Shown here: piece by piece, positions 14,737-24,201 of the stretch
How the letters are laid out: every line of letters begins with the position of its first letter
Position numbering within the stretch: position 1 is the stretch's first letter
From: Corallococcus sp.
GTDB lineage: Bacteria; Bacillota; Clostridia; Christensenellales; CAG-314
Length of the DNA: 61,405 nt
Assembly (NCBI GenBank): GCA_023663205.1
Contig: JAMPHX010000002.1
Coordinates: 1-61,405, forward strand
Direction of reading: 5' to 3'
Translations under genes and position numbers: made by a program
Notes under the pieces: generated by a model
Databases searched by the model: none
Seen by the model: only the letters and a program-made list of their open reading frames with translations
Told to the model about the DNA's origin: nothing

Positions 14737-15638
14737 AGATTTCCGCCTCCTTTTGTAAGATTGATAAAGTAATCTTCAAGGTCGCCGCCCACCGTGGTTA
14801 CGTCGGAAACCTCTATACCTTCCGCCGCCAAAACGGAAATGACGTTGGAAGCAACTACGTCCTCGCGCAGGATTTCGATTGCGTCGCCGTCGGCGCGCAC
14901 TTCTCCTATGCCTGCTCTTTTGAGTGCGGCAAGGGCGTTAAGCACCGAGTTGACCGTTACTTTGATATGCTTTTTGCATCGGTTTGCAAGTTCTTCCGCA
15001 GAAATTTGTTCGATAATTTTGCCCTTTTCCATAAAGCAATACGTCGTGGCAAACTTCCCGAGTTCCGACAAAATGTGGCTGGAAATAAGTATTGTCATTC
15101 CGTAATCTTTGTTGAGTTTTACAAACAACTCACGCATATCGTGTATACCCTGCGGGTCAAGTCCGTTAGTGGGCTCGTCCAAAATAAGCAGTTCCGGCTC
15201 GCCTATTATCGTCATGGCAATAGCCAAACGCTGACGCATACCCAAAGAATAGTTTTTTGCTTTCTTTTTGAGCGTAGAGGTAAGCCCCACAAGTTCAAGC
15301 GTCTTGTAGATTTTTTCCTTATCGGGAACTATTCCCAAAAGACGGCATTGCGCTTCCAAATTGTCGACACCCGTCATATCTGGATATATGGAAGGACGTT
15401 CCACTATTGCCGCAACGGTGGTATCCGTGCGTCCGCCGTCTGGACATATTGCAAAAGAACCTTCCGTTGGTTTTATCAAGTTTGTCAACAACCTTATCAG
15501 AGTGGTTTTGCCCGCTCCGTTTCTTCCCACCAAACCGCAAATTTCGCCTTTGTTTACCGTAAGCGAAACACTGTTTACAGCCTTGTAGGGAGGGTAGACT
15601 TTTGTAAGGTTGTAAGTCTGTATGATAGGTTGACTCAC
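14733..15638 (-). CDS. ABC transporter ATP-binding protein (ABC-2 exporter type)
   Basis: Walker A is GLVGRNGAGKTT, the signature is YSLGMRQRLAIA and Walker B is LLILDEPTNGLD. Confidence 0.88.
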   Translation of the reverse strand: MSQPIIQTYNLTKVYPPYKAVNSVSLTVNKGEICGLVGRNGAGKTTLIRLLTNLIKPTEGSFAICPDGGRTDTTVAAIVERPSIYPDMTGVDNLEAQCRLLGIVPDKEKIYKTLELVGLTSTLKKKAKNYSLGMRQRLAIAMTIIGEPELLILDEPTNGLDPQGIHDMRELFVKLNKDYGMTILISSHILSELGKFATTYCFMEKGKIIEQISAEELANRCKKHIKVTVNSVLNALAALKRAGIGEVRADGDAIEILREDVVASNVISVLAAEGIEVSDVTTVGGDLEDYFINLTKGGGNL

Positions 15639-16357
15639 TGTACTGCACCTCTTACGTTTATTTCGGCAAATGCCGATACGGCTACAAAAAGCCCGTATAA
15701 ACAGTATACACTACATTACTTCAAAATGCAACAGTTTTTGTTTTGGCGGCACATTGCCGAACATTATCTATATCAAATACCGTCTTGCAAAACGGTTTAC
15801 GACGGGACACTCCGCCTACGTTCAAAACAAATCCTATGTTACCGAAGTATTCGCGTATATATTCCATCGGGCATTTGAACAAATCGGAATATATTTTGCA
15901 TATATTCGCAAAAATTTACTTTGCTTTTCGCAAGTTGAACGTACAAATAAATTTACACAAACCGACTTGTTTTGCACAAAACGGTTGCTTAATGATTTAA
16001 TCAAGCAGTTTGCAAAATGGGCGTTGCGCTTTATCTTTGTGTCTGTGCAACCATTGCATCCGCTGCTTATATATTCCGTTGCTTATATATACGGCAGATT
16101 TGAAAATCTGCTCTTTGCAGTAAAAAATGCGTACCGCCGCAAAAGTCCAAATGCGACTTTGGGGCAAACGGTACACATCTAAAAAATTACTCTGTCTTAT
16201 TGACTTTTACAAATACCTTAGGTATTTTGCTTTTTGCGAGGGGGAGTGATAATACGATTTTTGCGGCACAGGGCTAAACGCAGTTAGCAATGGCGCATAC
16301 GCAGATTTTGTACGGTATTATGCGCTGTTTACTTTGTCCAACCGTTCTGCGATTAGA

Positions 16358-17443
16358 TTATCCTATTATCAGAAAATCTGCGTCTTTATCAACTTCTATG
16401 CTGCCGCAACTGTCAAAGATTCCCAACATCTTGGCAGGATTTTCCGTCATAAGTTTTATTGCTTTGGCAAGAGGAAGTTCGGTAAACTCTATTGCATTGG
16501 TGAAGCACTCGTCGGCAGTCAATGTGCTGCCTGCGCGCGTGCCTGTTTCTGCAATTGTAGCGTCGCCGTTTTTTACAACGACTTCTTGTCCGCCCAAGGT
16601 AAATCTGCCGTCGCCCATGCCCGTTGCCATCATACTGTCGGTTACGGCAATTACCCTGTCCGCGCCCTTTACCTTGGCAAGCAACTTGACGTTTGCGGGG
16701 TGAACGTGTTTGCCGTCGCAAATAACTTCGCAATAACAATCGGATGCAAGCGCGGCGCCCAAAATGTTGGGCAAATGCCTATCGATAGGTTTCATCGCGT
16801 TGAATGTATGAGTAAAACTTACCGCGCCTTCCTTTACGCAGCGCATAGTCTGCTCGTAGTCGGCGCCGCTGTGTCCCAAAGAAACCTTGATGTCGGATTT
16901 TGCCACTTCGCGTATAAACGCTTCCGAACCTTCCACTTCCGGCGCGATTGTTACCAATTTGATAAGTCCGCACGCGCTATCCTGCAAACGACGAAACATT
17001 TCCACATCGGCTTTGCGCAGATACTGTTTGGGCATTGCGCCGCAATACGCCTCGGACAAAAACGGACCTTCCAAGTGAATACCCTTTATTTCGTTGTACA
17101 ACGGTGCCAATTGCGCAATGCGGTACAACTGACGGCGCATATTCTGTTCGTCGTCCGTCATAACGGTGGGAAGCACGCCGCCCACTCCCTTGGAAACGTA
17201 AAACCTCATTATCTCATGCATTTGGTCGGTGGTTGCGGTGTTGAAATCGAATCCGTTTGCACCGTGAGTGTGAATATCGATAAGCGCAGGCAAAACAAAC
17301 TTGCCGTGCAAATCTTCTACGGTACAGTCGGGACCTGCCGAAATTCTGTCGTCTATCCGCAAAATTTTACCCTTATCGGTAAGTATTTGCGTTTGTTTGA
17401 GTTCCTCTCCGATTAGTACGTTGCCGTTTTTGTATAATCTCAT
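16358..17443 (-). CDS. nagA: N-acetylglucosamine-6-phosphate deacetylase
   Basis: PALIDIHTHGANGFDF, LGHSGADYEQ and THTFNAM are NagA metal-binding and active-site motifs. 361 aa. Confidence 0.88.
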   Translation of the reverse strand: MRLYKNGNVLIGEELKQTQILTDKGKILRIDDRISAGPDCTVEDLHGKFVLPALIDIHTHGANGFDFNTATTDQMHEIMRFYVSKGVGGVLPTVMTDDEQNMRRQLYRIAQLAPLYNEIKGIHLEGPFLSEAYCGAMPKQYLRKADVEMFRRLQDSACGLIKLVTIAPEVEGSEAFIREVAKSDIKVSLGHSGADYEQTMRCVKEGAVSFTHTFNAMKPIDRHLPNILGAALASDCYCEVICDGKHVHPANVKLLAKVKGADRVIAVTDSMMATGMGDGRFTLGGQEVVVKNGDATIAETGTRAGSTLTADECFTNAIEFTELPLAKAIKLMTENPAKMLGIFDSCGSIEVDKDADFLIIG

Positions 17444-18295
17444 ATTGTCTCCGATTGTGCCGCAGATTGTATTGTGCGCAAGTTGTTATGTCTTTATTGT
17501 AAGGGGTTTGCGCTTGGTTGTCAACGGATATTTGAAAAATGCAACCACATACCGACAAACAATTGCTGCATATATGTTTGCAAGCGATATGTGCAAATGC
17601 AAAAGAATTTGTCAAGGCAGTACCGTTACATCTATTTTCCAAACGCTTTTGCCGAAACAGCAATAATACGATAAATCCGAATATTTGCAGAACGCTTTTT
17701 ACAAGAAATTTATTTCAAATGCAGAGAAGGTTGTCAAGACAGATATACTTATATCCACAATACACTTCGCCTAAACATCGGCATACAAAAGACGGAACAA
17801 TTGCCGCGCGCTTTTGCAGACAATATACGCAAACGCAGAAGAGACTGCGGCAACCGTCCGCAGTCTCTTGCATTCGGAGAAAAAGTTTAATCTTAGGTAC
17901 ATAGTCGTTGGGGGGGAAAATATCTTTGGTACACTACATTGTACGACAAAAAGCAAAATTGTGTTCCAGCAACAACCGAAAAAAACATTTACTCCATTGC
18001 AATGACGAGATAAGAGGAAATTTGCAATAAGGAAATGCAGCGCTCTGCGCGATACCGTTTTTAGCAAAACGGGGAAAGAGCAAATTGCTTTCCGTGTTTG
18101 TAAATAACCGAATTATTTTAGATACAGCAATTCAGCCAAATTCCGTTTGCGCGAATAGTTTATTCTGCCGTCATTATGAGGAGAAAGACCGTTGCACTGT
18201 GCAAGCGTAAAAGAAAGGGTATAACCATTATGTCGTAGATTTATATAAACTTTCCTTTTTATTTACCTGTTACACTTAACAGTATAATTCATCAT

Positions 18296-18331
18296 AAAGA
18301 AAAATCCCCAAGTTGATTGACTTGGGGATTT
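18296..18331 (-). terminator. Rho-independent terminator of the nuclease/ABC operon
   Basis: Stem AAATCCCCAAGT / ACTTGGGGATTT, followed on the minus strand by TTTCTTTATG. It lies ~95 nt past the stop of the 965-aa gene. Confidence 0.7.
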
Positions 18332-18423
18332 GTATTGGTCGGCGGTTAAACCGACTCCTTCGAAACATTGTTTATTGTTTGCGGTCAATTGCCGCTAATT
18401 GAGTATTATAAGCAAATTTGCAA

Positions 18424-21321
18424 TTAGTCTGCAAACTCTACCGAACCGAGGTAAGCGGGGAATTGAGTTTTGCCGACTGTGCTTGCATTATCTCCGCTGA
18501 TACGGTATGTTTCGCTTGCGCTTATCGTATCAAACGTTCCGTATGTGCCGAGATACCATATCTTTGCGCTTTCTCCTTCACCGATTGTCCATGTGAATGT
18601 TTTGAGCGTAGCATCCCATGCCCATGCGCCTGTTGCCGCATCTGCCAATACTACTTTGTGCGCGCTATCCAATTCGAGGAACTTTCCGCCGATTGTCAGC
18701 GTGTAACCCTTTTCTACCTTAGCGTATGTTACGTCAACTGCATTTTTGAGATTATCAGTTGTTACCAAACGTCCGCTTTCTACTGTGCCGGTTGCAAACA
18801 ACGTCTTACCCAAGTTTGCTTGATACAAACCGAATTTGTGCGTTCCGCCCTTCTCGTCGTCGAGAGTCGTAAGTCCTGCTACTCTGAGGCTTGCAGGTGC
18901 TGCATTGCCGAGGTAAGCGGGGAATTGAGTTTTGCCGACTGTGCTTGCATTATCTCCGCTGATACGGTATGTTTCGCTTGCGCTTATCGTATCAAACGTT
19001 CCGTATGTGCCGAGATACCATATCTTTGCGCTTTCTCCTTCACCGATTGTCCATGTGAATGTTTTGAGCGTAGCATCCCATGCCCATGCGCCTGTTGCCG
19101 CATCTGCCAATACTACTTTGTGCGCGCTATCCAATTCGAGGAACTTTCCGCCGATTGTCAGCGTGTAACCCTTTTCTACCTTAGCGTATGTTACGTCAAC
19201 TGCATTTTTGAGATTATCAGTTGTTACCAAACGTCCGCTTTCTACTGTGCCGGTTGCAAACAACGTCTTACCCAAGTTTGCTTGATACAAACCGAATTTG
19301 TGCGTTCCGCCCTTCTCGTCGTCGAGAGTCGTAAGTCCTTCAACGATGTAACCCTGTCCGGAAAGCGCTGCCACCTTAACTTCAAACTCTACGGTATCCG
19401 TAGTTTCGCCGCTCTTAACGGTGGCTACAACGGTTACTGTTTCTTCCGCATCGCCTTGTGTAAATACAAGATACTTTTTGCCTTCCTTGTCTACAATCTT
19501 GGCTGTTGCGGGAGTAGTGCCTTCTTTGAACGCCCACTCGATTGTGACAGATTCGATATCCTTACCGATTGTGCTCAACTCGATTTCCGTATTTTCCGTA
19601 ATCTTGTTGGTCAAGGAAAGGTTTTCCTTTTCCTGCTTAATCATCTGCTCGTCGGAAAGATTTGCATAACTGATTGTAAAGAATTGGTGAGCCGTATATT
19701 GGTTTGTGACTGTACCTACCGTATAAGTGATTTGTACAGGTACGTTTTCCTGACGGGTAGGTTGAGAAATTGTAAACTTGCCGTTCTCCAACTTGATATC
19801 GTCGGGTTGGAACAACAGTTTGTATGCAATTGTAACGTCACCGGACGATGCAGGCAACGTAAATTCCTTAGCGGAAACAACCATTTTGTCTGCTTTTGCA
19901 GCGGCAAGCGCTTCGTTTACGGCATTGACTGCGGCGGCAACTTTTGCACCGTTGTATGTCGTGCCTGCGGGGTCAGCCGCGCCCTTGGTAATAGCATTCG
20001 CGCTGAGAGGAATAATTTGGTCTCCGTCCTTCTTGTCGGCGGCATATGTGTAGTGTCCCCAAATACCCGTTACGTTGACGTAATCGCCTACGTTGTAAGT
20101 TTCCTGAGTTGCAAGCAATCCTTTCCAAACGGCGTTATCTTCTTTGCAAGAGTATGCGCCTTCCATATATTTGCTGACGCCTACAAATACTTCGACGCCG
20201 TTCTTTTCCAAAGTGAACAATATGCCGGAATTACCTGCTGTGGGTTTCTTTTCGATGGCTTTGATTTGCCAGTTGGAAAGAGATACCATACGGGATTGAT
20301 TCCACAATACCGCGGGAGCATTTGCAAAGAGGTCTTCGTCCAATGCATAAATTTCCTTGGCAACGTCTTTTGCGGGAACATCCTTATCCACTTTGATTGT
20401 TCCTGTATTTTGTCCTACTTGGTGCAAACCGTTGTATACGTCGGTGACGCCGCCCGTAACCGTGATGTGCGCGCCCGGTTTGATAAGGTCAACTTCATTT
20501 GCAGCCGCCTTTGCTCTATAAATATAGTGACCGGCAGTTCCTTCGTCGTTAAGCATATACAATGAGATATTGCCATACTGAGAATCGTACGGAGTGCCGA
20601 TTTCCAATACATAGCCGGAAAGAGTAACAGAAACGCCTTTTCCGCCTTCGCCGTTGTACCAGTAGTCAACTTCCTGCAAAGGTTCTTTGGGGATGGTAAC
20701 GGTAAACGGATACTCTATCTTTGTTTCTACATCGTTATATTCGAAAGTACCTACAAGTATTACTTGGGGGTTCATGCTGGAAGGAGTAACCTTTACTTTG
20801 TTGTTACCTTCAACCGCTATGTAGTCGGAAGAACTGTTTCTGTCGGAAACAGACCAAGTAATTTGAGCGGTTTTTCCCTCATATGAGCAAGACGTATCGA
20901 GAGTGAAATCTTCATATATGCTCTTTCTCAAATTTTCAAAGGTGTATGCTTGTGAAATGTCGTAAACGTCAATGGGTCTGAGTCTGACGGTATAGTCACG
21001 ATGAGCCTCTCCCAAAGTTACAGTCAAAGTAACTTCTATTCTATCTGTATCCGGCTTTGTGACCTTAGCAAGATAATCCTCGTCTCTCTTTTCAAGTTTG
21101 ACGGCATTTTCGTCGCTCGACTTCCAAGTAACCGCATAATTTGCGATAGTCAACGGCAGAGTAAAATCATTATTAACTATCATGTCGTCATATTCGAATA
21201 TGTAGCCTTTAAGTATTTTTTCCGCTTTTGCCGCATCAAGAGGTTCTTGACAAGCGACCAAACCGACAATACTCAATGCCAGAATCGAAACGACCAACAA
21301 TGCAAGCAGTCTTTTTTTCAT
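18424..21321 (-). CDS. Large surface lipoprotein: Ig-like repeats, two OB-fold-like modules and a duplicated 154-aa C-terminal domain
   Basis: The lipobox is LSIVGLVAC. FTLP...VTWKSSDENAV follows the atrophied bacterial Ig pattern. VSVTLSGYVLEIGTPYDSQYGNISLYMLNDEGTAGHYIYRA...GAHITVTGGVTDVYNGLHQV follows the YhcR-like OB-fold pattern. Confidence 0.8.
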   Translation of the reverse strand: MKKRLLALLVVSILALSIVGLVACQEPLDAAKAEKILKGYIFEYDDMIVNNDFTLPLTIANYAVTWKSSDENAVKLEKRDEDYLAKVTKPDTDRIEVTLTVTLGEAHRDYTVRLRPIDVYDISQAYTFENLRKSIYEDFTLDTSCSYEGKTAQITWSVSDRNSSSDYIAVEGNNKVKVTPSSMNPQVILVGTFEYNDVETKIEYPFTVTIPKEPLQEVDYWYNGEGGKGVSVTLSGYVLEIGTPYDSQYGNISLYMLNDEGTAGHYIYRAKAAANEVDLIKPGAHITVTGGVTDVYNGLHQVGQNTGTIKVDKDVPAKDVAKEIYALDEDLFANAPAVLWNQSRMVSLSNWQIKAIEKKPTAGNSGILFTLEKNGVEVFVGVSKYMEGAYSCKEDNAVWKGLLATQETYNVGDYVNVTGIWGHYTYAADKKDGDQIIPLSANAITKGAADPAGTTYNGAKVAAAVNAVNEALAAAKADKMVVSAKEFTLPASSGDVTIAYKLLFQPDDIKLENGKFTISQPTRQENVPVQITYTVGTVTNQYTAHQFFTISYANLSDEQMIKQEKENLSLTNKITENTEIELSTIGKDIESVTIEWAFKEGTTPATAKIVDKEGKKYLVFTQGDAEETVTVVATVKSGETTDTVEFEVKVAALSGQGYIVEGLTTLDDEKGGTHKFGLYQANLGKTLFATGTVESGRLVTTDNLKNAVDVTYAKVEKGYTLTIGGKFLELDSAHKVVLADAATGAWAWDATLKTFTWTIGEGESAKIWYLGTYGTFDTISASETYRISGDNASTVGKTQFPAYLGNAAPASLRVAGLTTLDDEKGGTHKFGLYQANLGKTLFATGTVESGRLVTTDNLKNAVDVTYAKVEKGYTLTIGGKFLELDSAHKVVLADAATGAWAWDATLKTFTWTIGEGESAKIWYLGTYGTFDTISASETYRISGDNASTVGKTQFPAYLGSVEFAD
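18446..19339. repeat. Perfect tandem duplication inside the 965-aa gene (period 462 bp)
   Basis: 18446-18877 is identical to 18908-19339 (432 bp by eye). A 30-bp linker (18878-18907) encodes NAAPASLRVA. Confidence 0.9.
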
Positions 21322-21336
21322 TTCTGTTTATTCTCC

Positions 21337-22629
21337 TTATTTAATAATTGTGATATCCGAGTAATCAACCACGGATATGGTGCGCGAGTTGGTTTCAAAT
21401 TGGTATCCGCTGACGGAGAACTTTGTCCCCGCGGTAAACGGATTGGTTGCAAATGTTTGAGGAACCTCCGTAACAAATGTAAACGTAACGGCGTCTTGCC
21501 CTATACCGTTTTTGTTACGTTTATTCGCCGTACCTACAATAGTAAGCGTGCTGCCTTCTACCGAAGAAGAAACGACTGTAACGTCCGTATACAAGGTGGA
21601 AAAATACTGGTCTGCATATCCTACCGACGTACTGAACGTCAAGTAATAATTGTATTGCAGTATCTTGCTGAATCCCTTTTTGTCCGGATAGTAATCGTTT
21701 GGCGGAGTGACGTTAGTAATTTGATAACGGTCGTTGTGCCAAGCGACATTTCCTATCAGTTCGTACAAATGCCCGAGTTCCATATTTATTGCGCTGTTGC
21801 CGGTATAACCCGCAAAGATATCTATTGTATACTTTTCTCCCGTTACGGGGTCGTAATTGACGGCAGTAAACGTATAAGTTACGCCATTGTCTCCGTTGTA
21901 TGTGTAGATATCCGTCAAACAGGCTTCAAACTTGATTTTGTATCCGACGTCTACTTCTTTGTTGTAATAGTTTGTCGGATTTTGCCAAAACTCTTTGAGC
22001 GAAACGTCAACGGCATCTTTGAAATAAAACGGGTCGTCAAGTTCCGAGTACAAACGCAACTGCACCGATTGCGCAAAATCATTTGCCCTTTTGAAATATT
22101 CGTAATAGGGATGCGCGCTTGTATTAGAAGCGGTATACTGCGAAAACCCGTTCTCCACCATTTCGAGATTTAGGCACTTAAACTCGTTGTATTCCGCGGT
22201 TTTGTACCAAACATAACCGAGATATCGAGAGTTGTACGTATCTTTTTCCGCAGGGGTTTTGGTTGCTTCAAGCACTATTTCCGTTGCTTCCGAAAGCCTT
22301 TGCTTTACAAAATACGAAGCCGATTTGCCCCATTTTTCTATTTTGGAAGTTGCTTCCGGCGTATCGATTTCGTAATAACGGATATTTACTTCGCTGTTAT
22401 CCTTTTGCAAACGGAAACGCGTAGTGTCGCCGTCGGTGTAAGACGCAACGGAGGCATATCCGCCGCCCTGCGTCCAAAACGATTTGCCGGTAAAATCCTT
22501 ATTGAGTTTGAGCGTTTTGGTTATGGAATCGAAGTGTTCGGTATTATCCGCTACTCCGCCGCACGCGGCAAGCGTGCAGCAGAGCAACATAAATGCCAAA
22601 ATAATTCCTACAAGTTGTCTTTTTTTCAT
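21337..22629 (-). CDS. Lipoprotein thermonuclease (staphylococcal nuclease family) with C-terminal beta-rich domain
   Basis: The lipobox is TLAACGG. YTDGDTTRFRL...NIRYYEIDTPE...KWGKSASYFVKQRL...YNSRYLGYVWY...LNLEMVENGFSQ aligns with SNase and preserves the Asp21, Arg35, Asp40, Thr41, Glu43 and Arg87 equivalents. Confidence 0.8.
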   Translation of the reverse strand: MKKRQLVGIILAFMLLCCTLAACGGVADNTEHFDSITKTLKLNKDFTGKSFWTQGGGYASVASYTDGDTTRFRLQKDNSEVNIRYYEIDTPEATSKIEKWGKSASYFVKQRLSEATEIVLEATKTPAEKDTYNSRYLGYVWYKTAEYNEFKCLNLEMVENGFSQYTASNTSAHPYYEYFKRANDFAQSVQLRLYSELDDPFYFKDAVDVSLKEFWQNPTNYYNKEVDVGYKIKFEACLTDIYTYNGDNGVTYTFTAVNYDPVTGEKYTIDIFAGYTGNSAINMELGHLYELIGNVAWHNDRYQITNVTPPNDYYPDKKGFSKILQYNYYLTFSTSVGYADQYFSTLYTDVTVVSSSVEGSTLTIVGTANKRNKNGIGQDAVTFTFVTEVPQTFATNPFTAGTKFSVSGYQFETNSRTISVVDYSDITIIK

Positions 22630-22641
22630 TGCTATTTAATT

Positions 22642-24066
22642 CTATTTTCCGCCGCAATTGTAGTAAGCGTCTCTCAACGCTTCCGTACCGCTTTTACTTC
22701 CGCCGATAACAAGTTGCAACGCAGCGCCTACTTGGTCGCGCGCCAACGAGGAGTTTTTGAATGCAGGGGATGTAAAGAAGAATTCGGTAAGCGTAGACGA
22801 AACTTTTGCCGCTTCTGCCGTAATAGAACCGGAATTCATATGTTTGACATATGCGGGGATTGTGTTGGTGGAAATACGTACGGGGTTGTAACCGGATTCC
22901 TGCGAGAACGTCGCTTGGAATGTCGGGTCAAGTAATTCCTTCAAGAACAGGAATGTCATCTTGGCTTTGAGTTCCTGGTTTTCTTCCAACACGTTGTCGT
23001 TGTAGAACATACAAACGGAAGGACCTTGCGAAATTACGCTGTAATCTACGTATTCGCTTGTTTCGCCTTTGTTGCGGACGCTTCCCGGAATGGGAGCAAT
23101 ACCCCAATTGAATCCGCCCTTATCGGGGTCTGCCGGTTTTTGGTGAGATGCGCCGCCGGAAGAACCTATGCAGTAAATACATCCGCCGTTAACGCCCTTG
23201 GTGAAAAGCGAAGAAGTGTATCCGCCGTTAAGTTCTTGGGTGGTGATGGTACCCGCTGTATACAATGTTCTGAGACTGTCAAGCCAATCTATTTGGTCTT
23301 TGCCGTTAAAGAGGAAGTGGTTGTCGCTGTTGGCGGAAGTATATCCCCAACCGTTTTGTTCGCACATGGTGATAAACCAGTTTGCTTCGCTGTCGTAACC
23401 GAGAAGGGTTGCCGTCGGGAATTCTTCACTCAATTTTGCTTCCTGCGCCCACAATTCGTCCCAAGTCGTAGCGGGTTTGAGCCCTACTTTGGCAAGAGCG
23501 TCCTTGTTGTAATACATAAGTTCCGTGGACTTACTGAACGGAAGCGTAAGCATAGCGTCGTCCGCATAACCTGCCGTTTTGTAACCGCCGAAGTTGGTAG
23601 CAAAACCTTCTTCATAATAACCCGGAACAAAATCGGCGATTTCGGTTTCATTATATCCGAGAGTATACTTTGCTTCTTTGCCTTCGCTGTCCACACCGTC
23701 TATCGTTTCGGTAGACTTGATAAACTTGTGCATATCAACAACCTTTTCGCTGGGGATGTATCTTGCAACGTGGTCGGCATAGCAGTACGCAAGGTCGGGT
23801 TGCTGACCGTTTTGCAAGTCGCCGACGATTTTGTCTCTGACATCATCGTAACCGCCGGGTTGTTGGTGCAAAACCGTCCATCCGGGAAATTTTGCCTCAA
23901 AATTTGCGATAGCAATATTCGTTTGCTGCTGCAAAGCGTCGCTTTGCGTCGAATAGAATATAATCGTATGTTCGTAGTCAATCGGGTCTTGACAGCCGAC
24001 AAACAGCGTCAACGAACACGCAAGCAACATTACTACGGCAATTAAACTTGTAAGTAACTTTTTCAT
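22642..24066 (-). CDS. ABC transporter substrate-binding lipoprotein (family 1, sugar/glycerol-phosphate type)
   Basis: The lipobox is LTLFVGC. It is 474 aa with a typical cluster-D SBP sequence and is the first gene after the two permeases. Confidence 0.8.
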   Translation of the reverse strand: MKKLLTSLIAVVMLLACSLTLFVGCQDPIDYEHTIIFYSTQSDALQQQTNIAIANFEAKFPGWTVLHQQPGGYDDVRDKIVGDLQNGQQPDLAYCYADHVARYIPSEKVVDMHKFIKSTETIDGVDSEGKEAKYTLGYNETEIADFVPGYYEEGFATNFGGYKTAGYADDAMLTLPFSKSTELMYYNKDALAKVGLKPATTWDELWAQEAKLSEEFPTATLLGYDSEANWFITMCEQNGWGYTSANSDNHFLFNGKDQIDWLDSLRTLYTAGTITTQELNGGYTSSLFTKGVNGGCIYCIGSSGGASHQKPADPDKGGFNWGIAPIPGSVRNKGETSEYVDYSVISQGPSVCMFYNDNVLEENQELKAKMTFLFLKELLDPTFQATFSQESGYNPVRISTNTIPAYVKHMNSGSITAEAAKVSSTLTEFFFTSPAFKNSSLARDQVGAALQLVIGGSKSGTEALRDAYYNCGGK

Positions 24067-24201
24067 TTTTTTCTCCTTAAAATTATTTTAAACACCCGCC
24101 CCCCCCGATTAAAAGAGCAGCAAGTAATTTACATAGTGTTGCGCTTACTTTTGTTTTAAGTAAGCAACGCGCGCACGGAATATATCCGCGCGCAAAACGT
24201 C

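Noticed and set aside
18418-20565. A 715-aa Cys-rich ORF on the plus strand, plus identical 78-aa ORFs at 18470 and 18932.
   Set aside because: It is antisense to the well-supported 965-aa lipoprotein gene. Its composition (C, F, R, V rich) is typical of the mirror frame of a coding strand. The identical small ORFs simply reflect the 462-bp tandem duplication.
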